From the NCBI GenBank assembly GCA_011605725.1, contig JAAOZP010000019.1, positions 1,123 through 65,122 of the forward strand: a DNA stretch of 64,000 nt, given 5' to 3'. Shown one piece after another: positions 19,448 through 28,913 of this stretch. Within the stretch, counting starts at the first letter, position 1; each line of letters begins with the position of its first letter. Below the pieces are notes generated by a model, which worked only from the letters and a program-made list of their open reading frames with translations, was not told the DNA's origin and searched no databases. This DNA comes from Nitrososphaerota archaeon (GTDB lineage: Archaea; Thermoproteota; EX4484-205; JAAOZP01). A program made the translations under genes and the position numbers.

Positions 19448-20359
19448 ATGGGCGGAGGCTCAGCCGTAAAACAGCATGAGAGAAGATTCCTCCAGGGGGA
19501 GAGAGAAGACACTGGAAAGAAGAAGGAGTGCGGAGAAGCCTACTGGTCGGTTAAAACATTCGGGGAATACGAGGTGCGTGAAACAAAGGGGGGCGAATAC
19601 GGGCTTTTCAAGAAGGGAAACCTCGTCGGCATGTTCGTCAAAGCCACCGTGGAGGAGGAGAGAATATTGTTTCCTCTTAGCCGAGGATTTATGCTTGAAG
19701 TATCTAGGAGAGGGGTTAGAGAAATAACTATCCCGGAGAAAGCACTACTTATGGGGATGGTTGCTGCGGATGGGAGCAACAGGTCTAGGAGGGAACCAAG
19801 GCGGAGGGGAGGGTACCGCACGGACTACTTGACCGCGTTCTACTCTGACGACTTGGAGCTTATAAGAATGTTCGATGAATCTGCCAATAGGGTGTACAAC
19901 TTGGCTTCACATCACTACGTCAGGAAGAGGAATGGGTTGATTACTGCAGCAATATACAGTAAGGGGATCTACTATGATTTGAGCGATTTGAATTTAAAAC
20001 CTGGGCCATATGAATTCCATGCGCCCAGAGAACACCTTGACGATGAGGGTAAAAGGGCTTTTCTAAAGGGGTTTTTCTCTGGGGATGGAAACGTTTCAGT
20101 ATCTGGAGGTGAGATTACGATACGTTTTTACTCAAGGTGTAGGGAAGGTCTAGAAGAGTTGCGGCAGACTCTCATGGACCTAGGTTTTCATCCACGTGGG
20201 ATCAGAGAGGATAGAGAGCCAAAAGGCAAATCTACATATAGCTTTTTAATTCCCAGAAGCGAGCATATAAAGTTCATAAATGAGATAGGAAGTTATAGGC
20301 CAAAGCATGTACGCATATTTGAAGAGATGAAGAGAAGAGGCGAGGGTCGTGAGGAATAA
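19448..20359 (+). CDS. Free-standing double-motif LAGLIDADG endonuclease-family protein
   Basis: ALLMGMVAADGS and AFLKGFFSGDGN motifs; no Hint/intein termini visible. Confidence 0.8.
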   Translation: MGGGSAVKQHERRFLQGEREDTGKKKECGEAYWSVKTFGEYEVRETKGGEYGLFKKGNLVGMFVKATVEEERILFPLSRGFMLEVSRRGVREITIPEKALLMGMVAADGSNRSRREPRRRGGYRTDYLTAFYSDDLELIRMFDESANRVYNLASHHYVRKRNGLITAAIYSKGIYYDLSDLNLKPGPYEFHAPREHLDDEGKRAFLKGFFSGDGNVSVSGGEITIRFYSRCREGLEELRQTLMDLGFHPRGIREDREPKGKSTYSFLIPRSEHIKFINEIGSYRPKHVRIFEEMKRRGEGREE

Positions 20360-21031
20360 ATGAGTAAAGCTATGATCTGGGGATGGGGTGACGAACCCGA
20401 GCTAGCTGGAGAGAATGCTGAAAAATACGTAAGCAAGCGATGGAAGGATACGACAAGAGAGTGCTCTATTGCACTTACAGGCAGGATCACTGATGAAGAT
20501 GTGCTTTTCAGTATTACTGCATACGTAAGTGATAAGTCTGGTTTAAAGGATCTTGTGGATGATCTGCTTGACGTGGGTTTGACTGGAAAAAGCAAGATTT
20601 ACTCTATCACGGTCAGCCTTTATGATGATAAAGTTTCAGATGAAGAGAGGTATAGAGAGAGCCTAAATATTGTCCAGGAAGCTTGCAAAAGACGAGAACA
20701 AACACTTACAAAAATGTTTAGGGAAAATCCTGAAGTCAAAGCGTTGCTTGAAGGGGGGAAGCCACTAATAGTAATTCCAGTGACAACATTGTTCTGCGAA
20801 TTGGAATCGGAGCGGGTTAATAAGGTAATCGTTAAAGCCGGGAATTACAATTTAGAAGATATTCTGAGCATACTTCACCTTCTCATCAATAGGCTTATTG
20901 AACGTAATGTCGCTAAGAACATTCTCGGATATGGTTTAAGGGAGGGCATTGAAGAATTAGAAATCGATGATCTTTACGTTAAGGAAGGGAAAGTATACAT
21001 ATGGCTCGGGCACCCAGCGGTTAAACACTGA
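20360..21031 (+). CDS. Hypothetical acidic protein, translationally coupled to the LAGLIDADG gene
   Basis: 223-aa ORF whose ATG directly follows the upstream TAA (TAAATG). Confidence 0.7.
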   Translation: MSKAMIWGWGDEPELAGENAEKYVSKRWKDTTRECSIALTGRITDEDVLFSITAYVSDKSGLKDLVDDLLDVGLTGKSKIYSITVSLYDDKVSDEERYRESLNIVQEACKRREQTLTKMFRENPEVKALLEGGKPLIVIPVTTLFCELESERVNKVIVKAGNYNLEDILSILHLLINRLIERNVAKNILGYGLREGIEELEIDDLYVKEGKVYIWLGHPAVKH

Positions 21032-21037
21032 GGAAAA

Positions 21038-21129
21038 TGGACCGGGTGGGACTCGAACCCACGACCCCCCGCACTTTGGCCTTTTTTCGGGGTCGCCAAG
21101 CGGGTATTCTACCACTGAACTACCGGCCC
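21038..21129 (-). tRNA. tRNA-Ala(GGC) with a 20-nt canonical 37/38 intron (21074-21093)
   Basis: GGGCCGG/CCGGTCC acceptor stem with G3:U70, TTCGAGT T-loop, BHB TTGG-CGA...CCAA-AGT. Confidence 0.95.
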
Positions 21130-21296
21130 TGTTTATGGGTTTGTTTCTGAACGATATATAAGTTTTCTCTGAAGCATATTGGTTGATAGAGGAGCCTCTT
21201 CCTAATCCCGTTCTAAAACCTGTTTTTAAACTATTTCCGCAGGCTCTCAACCTGAAGAAAACCCATAAAAACCCTTTCGAAGCGTCTAACGCGTAG

Positions 21297-21608
21297 TTGG
21301 TGAACAGGGCGAGGATAAAGATAGTGAGCAACGAGCTGAGCGACCTTCAAACAGTAGTGGACCAAATACTTAAGATAGCTAAGGAGAACAATGTTAAGGT
21401 TTCAGGCCCGATTCCTCTTCCAAGAAAGGTTTTGAAGGTTACTACTCAGAAGAACCCCAGTGGGCAGGGCACTATAACCTGGGACAAGTTTGAAATGCGT
21501 TTCTACAGGAGGTTGATTTACCTTGGGCTTAACGACAAGGCTCTTAGGGCTTTAACCACGATACGGATACCGCAGAGCGTCATAATTACTCTCGACCTAA
21601 TCTCTTGA
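21297..21608 (+). CDS. rps10: 30S ribosomal protein S10 (uS10)
   Basis: RARIKI, SGPIPLP and NPSGQGTITWDKFEMR motifs. Confidence 0.95.
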   Translation: MVNRARIKIVSNELSDLQTVVDQILKIAKENNVKVSGPIPLPRKVLKVTTQKNPSGQGTITWDKFEMRFYRRLIYLGLNDKALRALTTIRIPQSVIITLDLIS

Positions 21609-22277
21609 GAAACCTATTCTCCTCCTAATCATGAACAGGAGTATTTTAAAGCCGTCTTTAAGCGGGTTTAGTTTTGAAACACCTATCCTGCTGTAGTATC
21701 TTATTCTCACCTCTACTATTCTAAGGCCTTTCCTGCAGGCTTCAGTTAAAACTTCTGTTGAGAATGGCATTCCGTTCTCCCTCAGCCTCATCTTCAAATA
21801 GGCTTCTCTCGAGAAAACCTTCATCCCTGTCTGGGTATCCATGATTTTTTTAAGGAAAAGCATTGAGAAAACAGTGTTCACCATGAAGTTCCCCACGTAT
21901 CTCGCGGTGCTCATGCCTGCCGGCTTGCTGCTGAACCTTAAGCCCGTAGCCACATCTGTCTCTCCCTTCTTAACAATATCGACAAGCCTCTTTAAGTCAG
22001 CCGGGTCGTAGGTTCCGTCTCCATCCATGAAGGCAAGTATTCTGCCCCTGGCTGTCTCCAACCCTTTTCTTACAGCCGCCCCATATCCTTTCCTCTCCTG
22101 CTTTACTACGAGCGCTCCTAGTGATGAGGCTATTTCAGCGGTTTTATCATTGCTGGAATCCACGACTATGATTTCTGCTCCGGGGAGGAATCTCTTAACG
22201 CGCTCTATAACTAGCCCTATTGATTTCTCCTCGTTCAGGGTTGGAATGATTACGGATACGTCGCTTTGATCCTGCAC
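21597..22277 (-). CDS. GT2 glycosyltransferase (Dol-P-sugar synthase-like)
   Basis: VIIPTLNEE, KGYGAA, MDGDGTYDP, DTQTG and RIGVSKL motifs. Confidence 0.9.
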   Translation of the reverse strand: MQDQSDVSVIIPTLNEEKSIGLVIERVKRFLPGAEIIVVDSSNDKTAEIASSLGALVVKQERKGYGAAVRKGLETARGRILAFMDGDGTYDPADLKRLVDIVKKGETDVATGLRFSSKPAGMSTARYVGNFMVNTVFSMLFLKKIMDTQTGMKVFSREAYLKMRLRENGMPFSTEVLTEACRKGLRIVEVRIRYYSRIGVSKLNPLKDGFKILLFMIRRRIGFSRD

Positions 22278-22408
22278 TGCGAAGGTTTTTCCTGTTCATC
22301 GGGCAAAATGTGTTTATCACGTGGATTGATTTCAGCCTTAAAGTTTCCTTGAGAAAGTTTCTTTTAAAAAAATTCTCCTATTTTCAATTCACTTTTTAAA
22401 AAATCTTC

Positions 22409-24043
22409 TTAAAAAATCTTTTTCAAATCATTTTCGGAGATATTCAACTCCTTTAATGTTAAATCTCTTATTTTTGGTATGTAAAGGAGTATTATCGGAA
22501 TATTTTCCAGTCCAATGTCCAAAACGTATTCTCTAACAGACTCGTAAAGCGTCTGCACACTGCTGTCAGGGGTGAGAGAGATTGAGCCACGGTTTCCGAT
22601 TGAGAAGAAGAGTCCAGACTCCCTGCAAGACTTAAGGTATTTCAGGATAAAGGAGTTGACAAAGTTCTGAGCTGTACGCCTGCTCCATTTCATTCGGAAA
22701 TGCGGGTGGTTGGAAACCAGGAACCCGGCTAGGTCCTTCTGCTGAACGGTTTTCCCGCTTGCTGAATCAGGGTTCTGAAGCTCCAGGAACGTCATGCAGA
22801 CCATTATGAACAGCGGGATCGGAGAGATGTTTTCCAGGTCGACTGCCCTCCTGCTGCCAGCCGGCATCGGCCTGGGGCCCAGTATGAAGCCTGCTAAATC
22901 GCCCAGTGGAAAATCCTTATGGTTCTCCCATAGTTTAAGGATTTCTTCGGCAAGCCTTTTCGAAAAAGATGTGTTTAGGCTGCTGATTGTCTGCGACGGC
23001 CGGATGTTTTTAAGCTCTCTTCTCAATTCTTCAATCGCCCCGCTGCTTGAAACAGTCATTCTCTCGATTATTCTAGTCAAGACTTTTATCGCGTTATCCT
23101 GCTTCTCAATAGTCTTCTTGCTTACGTCAACATCCCTCCTAATCCCTTCTAGAATGCTAAGCAGGTTGTCCATCGTCGCCTCTTCCTCGCTCCTGGTTTC
23201 AAACTGGCCTAGGGAGAACTGTTTAAGCCTAGAGTCCATAAGCTGAGCGTTTATGCTGAGCAGGAAAACTCCGGTGACTATCTTGGGGAAAACAGTATCG
23301 TACTCAGTGTAGCTCAGCCGGATTATTTCAGCACCCCCGGTTAATGAGAAGAATACTACAGCAATATACGTTAGAAACATCATTATGTATACGCTAGCCC
23401 TATAGTTTAGAGCCACCTCGGCGGACAGGTAGAGAAATATCAGCTCAAGGAAGAAGATAAAGGTCTCGTACATGAACCATTGCGTCAGGTAGCGTGGGAG
23501 AAGTACATCGGACAGTACGAATGAAATTATGCTTGAGAAGCATATTACTAGTGTTCCAGCATAGAGCATGTATCTTACGCTCTTCCTGTTTTCAAAAGGC
23601 GAAACAAGTATCTGAATCTGGAATATGAATATTTTAGCGAGCACTGAGAGTATTAGGAATATGATGAGCATCGAGATCACGCCCCTAAGGTTTTGAAAGT
23701 ATAGGAAGCTTGGCTTACCAAGGTAGAAAAGAACAGTGACGAAAATCATGAGAATAGGCAGAATAGTGTAGGACGTAACCCGGAGGCTTTCAACAAGTAT
23801 TAGGAAGGGGTTGGACTTGCTTCTTTCAAGCCTAAGCTTGTCCGCCCCGCCCACTATGAGGGTTGCGGCCAGGACAACTGTACCAGCCTGAAGCATCGGA
23901 ACAGCTAGGAAGAACTTGGCGACATCAAGCAGGATTGAGATTGAGAAAAGGTTTATCGTGATTAGAAGCAGTATTATGTAGAGCTTGCTGAAGCCACGCG
24001 CGCGCATCCTGTAAAACTCCACTATCTCCCTTGGGCTAATCAA
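22409..24043 (-). CDS. Hypothetical polytopic membrane protein with cytoplasmic coiled coil and C-terminal soluble domain
   Basis: 544-aa ORF with about 8 hydrophobic segments in the N-terminal half and a heptad region after them. Confidence 0.7.
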   Translation of the reverse strand: MISPREIVEFYRMRARGFSKLYIILLLITINLFSISILLDVAKFFLAVPMLQAGTVVLAATLIVGGADKLRLERSKSNPFLILVESLRVTSYTILPILMIFVTVLFYLGKPSFLYFQNLRGVISMLIIFLILSVLAKIFIFQIQILVSPFENRKSVRYMLYAGTLVICFSSIISFVLSDVLLPRYLTQWFMYETFIFFLELIFLYLSAEVALNYRASVYIMMFLTYIAVVFFSLTGGAEIIRLSYTEYDTVFPKIVTGVFLLSINAQLMDSRLKQFSLGQFETRSEEEATMDNLLSILEGIRRDVDVSKKTIEKQDNAIKVLTRIIERMTVSSSGAIEELRRELKNIRPSQTISSLNTSFSKRLAEEILKLWENHKDFPLGDLAGFILGPRPMPAGSRRAVDLENISPIPLFIMVCMTFLELQNPDSASGKTVQQKDLAGFLVSNHPHFRMKWSRRTAQNFVNSFILKYLKSCRESGLFFSIGNRGSISLTPDSSVQTLYESVREYVLDIGLENIPIILLYIPKIRDLTLKELNISENDLKKIF

Positions 24044-24150
24044 CTCGGGCGTACCCTGCTGGTTAAGTATTTGTTTAAACGCTTATTTATTTTTCCACCC
24101 GCGCTGTCAAGCCGGTAAAGCTTATTTAACAGCCCTTTGAAGAACCTTTC

Positions 24151-24999
24151 ATGCCTAAGATGAAGGAGGTTAAAATAGGGATAATAGGAGGATCCGGGCT
24201 TTACACTCTTCTCGAGACGGCTGGACACCGGATTGTTGAAACACCGTTCGGAAAAACGCCGAGAATAGAGCTTGGGTATATTGGCGGTAAGGCTGTTGCC
24301 TTCCTGCCGAGGCATGCTAAGCCGGGAAGCCTGAAGGTTTCACATGCTGTTCCACCTTCAGAGATAAACTATAGGGCGAACATTTATGGTCTTAAGAAGC
24401 TTGGTGTTGAAAGAATATTCACAACCCAGGCGGCTGGCTCAATAAACCCAAACATTAAACCGGGAGAATTCGTCATCGTCGACCAAGTTATAGATGCGAC
24501 TAAGAGAAGAATACCTACTTTTTTCAACGGCAAGACAAAGATTAAAATCTTCAAGGATAAGCCTCCGGTCGGCGGAGTGGTGCACATCGATTTTACGAGT
24601 CCTTACTGCCCGGAGCTCAGGGAGGTTTTAAGAAAATCCTGTGAAGAGGAGAATATATTCTGCCATCCGAGGGGCACTTACATATGTACTGAGGGCCCTA
24701 GGTTTGAGTCTCCGGCTGAAATAGCGGCTTACAGGAGTTGGGGTGCGGACGTAGTCGGGATGACTGGTTATCCGGAGGTGGCTTTGGCGAGGGAGCTTGG
24801 AATATGCTACGCTAGCATAGTTATGTCGACCAACTATGCTGCGGGCACGGGGCCGGTGAAGATTACGCATGAAGAGGTTAAAGAGATCTTTAACAGGAAC
24901 ATAGATAACGTTAAGAGGCTGCTTGCAAGAGCCGTTAAAAACACGCCGGACGAGAGGAAGTGCGAGTGCGCCAAGTCGCTTGAGGGAGCGACTGCCTAG
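24151..24999 (+). CDS. mtnP: S-methyl-5'-thioadenosine/inosine phosphorylase
   Basis: IGIIGGSG, FLPRH, INYRANI, EGPRFES, VVGMT and TNYAAG motifs. Confidence 0.9.
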   Translation: MPKMKEVKIGIIGGSGLYTLLETAGHRIVETPFGKTPRIELGYIGGKAVAFLPRHAKPGSLKVSHAVPPSEINYRANIYGLKKLGVERIFTTQAAGSINPNIKPGEFVIVDQVIDATKRRIPTFFNGKTKIKIFKDKPPVGGVVHIDFTSPYCPELREVLRKSCEEENIFCHPRGTYICTEGPRFESPAEIAAYRSWGADVVGMTGYPEVALARELGICYASIVMSTNYAAGTGPVKITHEEVKEIFNRNIDNVKRLLARAVKNTPDERKCECAKSLEGATA

Positions 25000-25005
25000 A
25001 ACTGT

Positions 25006-26940
25006 TCAACTCTGTTCCCCCATCCAGTCCTCTTTCTCCAGGTTTTCAGGAGAAACATAGTTTCCAAACTTTCTCTGTACTTTCGTCAAACGGTTTCTCT
25101 GCTCCTCAAGGATTTCGAATAATTCTTTCGGAGTGTCTTTAGTGTTCTCCTTGAAGAACCTTTCCACACGGTTTATTTTAGCCAGATTTTCACGGACGCG
25201 TGTCGTAAACTGTTTCACGTAATCCGCCTTAGAATACTCTACGCCACGCACCTCTCGGAAAAGCCTTCTTAAATCCTCGTATTTAGGAATCCAGCCTGTG
25301 GGGGTTTTTATGGCGTCAACTTCCCTGTGAACCCTCAGCTCCATCCATTTCATCCAAACCTGTTTATCCCGCCTATCGTTCAGAAACTCTCCAGTCTTCA
25401 AGTCTCTCAGAAAATAGTTAACCCCGAAGACAAGAGGCTGCTTCCTGAGCCTCCTGCCGAATTCAAGATTGTTGCGCACATACTCTCCAAACGGGATTGA
25501 AATGAAATCCTGTATGCTCATGATGTTTATCTCATACTTGCCCTCGTCTTCAACAAGCGTGAAAGTAGTTTCGGTTTCAAGCGCAGCCCCGTACGCGATA
25601 ATGCCGTGTTCCCAGCTGAAGCTCTGTTGAACAGGCACGTAGCCCCGTGCGTCGCGACACCCGTATATGATTCCGCCGAGCTCCACACCCATCGGGTTGT
25701 CAAGCTCAGGGTCACAGTTCCCCAGTGCTTTAAGCGAAACCGTGTAACGGGCATTCTTATGGGCAGGCGGGATTTCCTCACCATTCTCATCCTTCTTACC
25801 CTCCCACCAGTAGCCAGTATAGTTCTCCCCGTCCTTCGGAATCTCGCAGCCCATGCCCAGCCAATAAGGCTTACCATTTTTCACGAGCACGTTTGAAAAA
25901 ATCACTTCACCCGGCTTCGTAAGAACATCCCAGATTACAGGGTCGTCGACAGGGTTGATATCTTTAAGAATGCCGAAGATCCCGGCTTCAGCGTTAACTG
26001 CACGGCAGACACCGTCGATGTTTCTAAGGTAAGCAATGTCGTCGGCGAGAATAGTGTTTCCCGGCATCATTGCGGTAGAGGTTTTTCCGCACCCGCTTGG
26101 AAAAGCTCCTGCAAAATAGGTTTTACGCCCACTTGGGCCAATTACTCCTGTTATCATCATGTGTTCTGCCAGCCATCCTTCCCGGTGTGCTTTACGGATC
26201 GTTAAGCGTAGAGCAAGCTTCTTGAAGCCAATACTGTTGCCACCGTACTGAGTGTTAACACTGTAAACAGTGTTTTCAACATAGTCTATGTAGATACGCT
26301 TCTTATCCGGCTCCATGCTGATCATTCTTTCATCCAGCTTACCGGCTGAGTGGAGGACGAGGAAAAGGTCGTCCGGGACATTTCCACGGCGAAACATTTC
26401 ATACGCCGGGCGGTAGAGCAGGTCTACGGAGTGAGCAACATACCATGAGTCGGTGCACTCCATGCAGGGGATGCTGAATACTGAGCCGATTGGACCGAGC
26501 GAGAGGAAGCGGACGATCATCGTGCGTCCAAGCATAGTGTTTCTCAAAAGGCTCTTTATCTCTGCTAGGCCCTCCTCCCGTTCAACCTGGTTAAGAGCCT
26601 TGTCCAGAGAATCCCACTTGGGCACCAGGTATTTAGTGGACTCCCGGTCCCTACCCTGGTCACGCGGGCCGTCGAAGTGATAAGTGTGCCCCGGTGTCGC
26701 TAACGGTTTCTCCTCGCCTGAGGCAACTGCCTGACGCCTAACGTATGCAATGTCCTCCGGAGAATCGGAGCAGATGAAGACTCGACTCGGGTTGCAGAGC
26801 TCCACGGATTCGGAGATGAAACGGTGAACCCTGGGGACAGGTATGGCGGCAAGCTTCAAATAGTCAGACTGGCTCATCCTTATTCTCAAAGCTTCAAGGT
26901 ACTGTTGCATTCCTCTCACCCAAGCATCCTTGGTAAGCAC
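25006..26940 (-). CDS. pckG: GTP-dependent phosphoenolpyruvate carboxykinase
   Basis: YGGNSIGFKK, WLAEHM, AFPSGCGKTS, ADDIAY and AHKNARYT motifs. Confidence 0.95.
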   Translation of the reverse strand: MLTKDAWVRGMQQYLEALRIRMSQSDYLKLAAIPVPRVHRFISESVELCNPSRVFICSDSPEDIAYVRRQAVASGEEKPLATPGHTYHFDGPRDQGRDRESTKYLVPKWDSLDKALNQVEREEGLAEIKSLLRNTMLGRTMIVRFLSLGPIGSVFSIPCMECTDSWYVAHSVDLLYRPAYEMFRRGNVPDDLFLVLHSAGKLDERMISMEPDKKRIYIDYVENTVYSVNTQYGGNSIGFKKLALRLTIRKAHREGWLAEHMMITGVIGPSGRKTYFAGAFPSGCGKTSTAMMPGNTILADDIAYLRNIDGVCRAVNAEAGIFGILKDINPVDDPVIWDVLTKPGEVIFSNVLVKNGKPYWLGMGCEIPKDGENYTGYWWEGKKDENGEEIPPAHKNARYTVSLKALGNCDPELDNPMGVELGGIIYGCRDARGYVPVQQSFSWEHGIIAYGAALETETTFTLVEDEGKYEINIMSIQDFISIPFGEYVRNNLEFGRRLRKQPLVFGVNYFLRDLKTGEFLNDRRDKQVWMKWMELRVHREVDAIKTPTGWIPKYEDLRRLFREVRGVEYSKADYVKQFTTRVRENLAKINRVERFFKENTKDTPKELFEILEEQRNRLTKVQRKFGNYVSPENLEKEDWMGEQS

Positions 26941-27282
26941 CCGGCCTAACAGTTCTACATGTTTTTAGACGCATGTCCTCAGCCGATCTAGCAACCATGC
27001 TTGCCGCGGCCTCGTGTAGGTGATGCTTAAAAAGTTTCTCTGGAACAGGAGTCTATTTATTACGGATTCTGATTAATGCTTTAAACGCTGAAGACTGGCA
27101 CATGTTTAAACCAGTGAAGCAATCATCCTTCCAAGCGGCGCTCAGCCCCTTCTTCTCGTGTTGAATTCTCCAAACCTGGTTAAAAGGCAGTGAGCAGGTT
27201 GACTGAATCCCTTCGCAACCCGTAGAGAAAGGTTAATAAAGCCTCTTGCGAAAAGGCTTCGCCAGCCGCCCGTGGGGACGGC

Positions 27283-27336
27283 TAGGAGATGGAGCTCTCC
27301 TCCAACCGCCTTTAAACGAGGCTGATAGCTCCTACC
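27283..27336 (+). promoter_or_regulatory. Fluoride riboswitch (crcB motif)
   Basis: TAGGAGATGGAGCTCTCC...AACCGCC...GGCTGATAGCTCCTAC matches the GGNGATGG..P1..AAC..GCTGAT..CCTAC consensus, with GGAGCT/AGCTCC pseudoknot pairing. Confidence 0.88.
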
Positions 27337-27345
27337 CTGTAACGT

Positions 27346-28236
27346 ATGGAGGATGGTGCATTGGGAACAGAGGCGGTTAGGATCGGGAGAAGAATTCTCC
27401 TGTGGAAAACAGTGCAATATATTACTGCGAGGCAGAATGAGGATGGGGGTTATACGTCTGTCCAGTACACTGACTCAACCCTCTACGATACTTATCTTGC
27501 GTTAGAGACCCTTAGAATGCTTAAAGCAAGGCCTCCCAGGGTTGACGACACTATCTCGTGGGTTAAAAACTATAATGCTTTGAACATTAGGGATTACTAC
27601 CTGATCAATAAGATACTCAATATTCTCAACCAGCCTATGGTGGATGTTTCCAGCATGGTTCTCGAACTCATGGATTCTACTGGAAGATTTGGAGCGGAAG
27701 ATGTTGATGTTGAGTCGGTTTCCGAGCTTGAAACAACATTCATGTGCGTAGAGCTCATGAACATGCTTAACCTTAAGCAGAACCGTGAGAAGATAATTGG
27801 CTACATCCTCTCCCTCAAGAATCCTGACGGTGGTTTTGGCACTGTAGAATCAAGTTTAAACTCGACATTCTACGCCCTTAAAACCCTTTCAGAGCTGAAT
27901 CATCCTGTCGGGAAGGCTGAGGACACGCTTCGCTTCGTCAGGCTTCACGAGAATCCGGAGGGAGGCTTCTCCCTTAAGCCTGGAGTCAAGCCCTCCTTCA
28001 TGGAGCCAACCTTCATGGGGTTGATATGCCTCCAAATCCTAGGGGAGGAGCCCCTTTACTCTGAAGAGACCATAAGCTTCATCCTGGGTTGTCAAAACAC
28101 TAACGGCGGCTTCAGGAGAAGCCTGGAACACGGCATCTCTTCATTCGAATACACTTTTCAAGCAGTTTCCTCGCTAAGAATGCTGGGCATTGAGGTGGAA
28201 GCATTTGAGCAGCAATTCACTCGACAGGAAGCATGA
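27346..28236 (+). CDS. Prenyltransferase/squalene-oxidase repeat (alpha-alpha toroid) protein
   Basis: Repeated QNEDGGY, KNPDGGF, ENPEGGF and QNTNGGF motifs, each followed by TxxA. Confidence 0.85.
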   Translation: MEDGALGTEAVRIGRRILLWKTVQYITARQNEDGGYTSVQYTDSTLYDTYLALETLRMLKARPPRVDDTISWVKNYNALNIRDYYLINKILNILNQPMVDVSSMVLELMDSTGRFGAEDVDVESVSELETTFMCVELMNMLNLKQNREKIIGYILSLKNPDGGFGTVESSLNSTFYALKTLSELNHPVGKAEDTLRFVRLHENPEGGFSLKPGVKPSFMEPTFMGLICLQILGEEPLYSEETISFILGCQNTNGGFRRSLEHGISSFEYTFQAVSSLRMLGIEVEAFEQQFTRQEA

Positions 28237-28675
28237 AAGGTTTGTTTTCTCCGCTGCCCTAGCACTCCGGAAATACGTTAAAGATCTGAAGAAAATCGTT
28301 TTAGAGGGCGAGGCTCCGGAAGCATCTGGAATAGCTGGGAGTCCGGCGCCGCTTCCACGCGAGGAGGCTGAGAAGCTTATTGGAAGACTAAGTGAAGTCG
28401 AGAAGATAGTTGACGAGTTCATTGAAAAGTTCAATCCAGGCGTCAGGAGTGAGCCGAGCCTAAGCCTGACATACATATGGATCAGCATAATGCTTGGAAA
28501 GATGGAGGGCATAGTTGAGAGCATGGAGCCGCGGAGCCTCAGTAAAACCAGAGGAGAGATGCCGCGTGATCTTGAAACATATCTCGATAAGCAGGTTAAG
28601 AATCTCCTAAGCATTATCAGGGATCTGAGGTCAACCTACACGACTGCTAAGAGGAAAACACAGTCGCTTGAGTAA
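28190..28675 (+). CDS. Hypothetical helical protein overlapping the upstream gene
   Basis: 161-aa ORF with helical-bundle-like composition in operon position. Confidence 0.6.
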   Translation: MRWKHLSSNSLDRKHERFVFSAALALRKYVKDLKKIVLEGEAPEASGIAGSPAPLPREEAEKLIGRLSEVEKIVDEFIEKFNPGVRSEPSLSLTYIWISIMLGKMEGIVESMEPRSLSKTRGEMPRDLETYLDKQVKNLLSIIRDLRSTYTTAKRKTQSLE

Positions 28676-28913
28676 GCATTATGTTTATCGCCTGGCCTAG
28701 TTTAAAGTGCTGTTGGCGATATCTATTCTACAACTCCACTCTACTATTTAACGAGGACTAAGAAAAGGACCCTGGGGATGCAGGAAACTTAAGAAATAGG
28801 CTGGCAACGCTGCTCGTAGTGAAAACCTGTCGCGCGCTGCAGGATTACGTGTGTTGAAAGTTTTTAAACAACCGGTTTAGCGGAAGCATCATGTTAAGTC
28901 GAGGTAAAGATAA

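Noticed and set aside
19448-20359. LAGLIDADG ORF as part of an intein or rRNA intron
   Set aside because: No Cys/Ser start, Hint blocks, HN terminus or flanking rRNA sequence.
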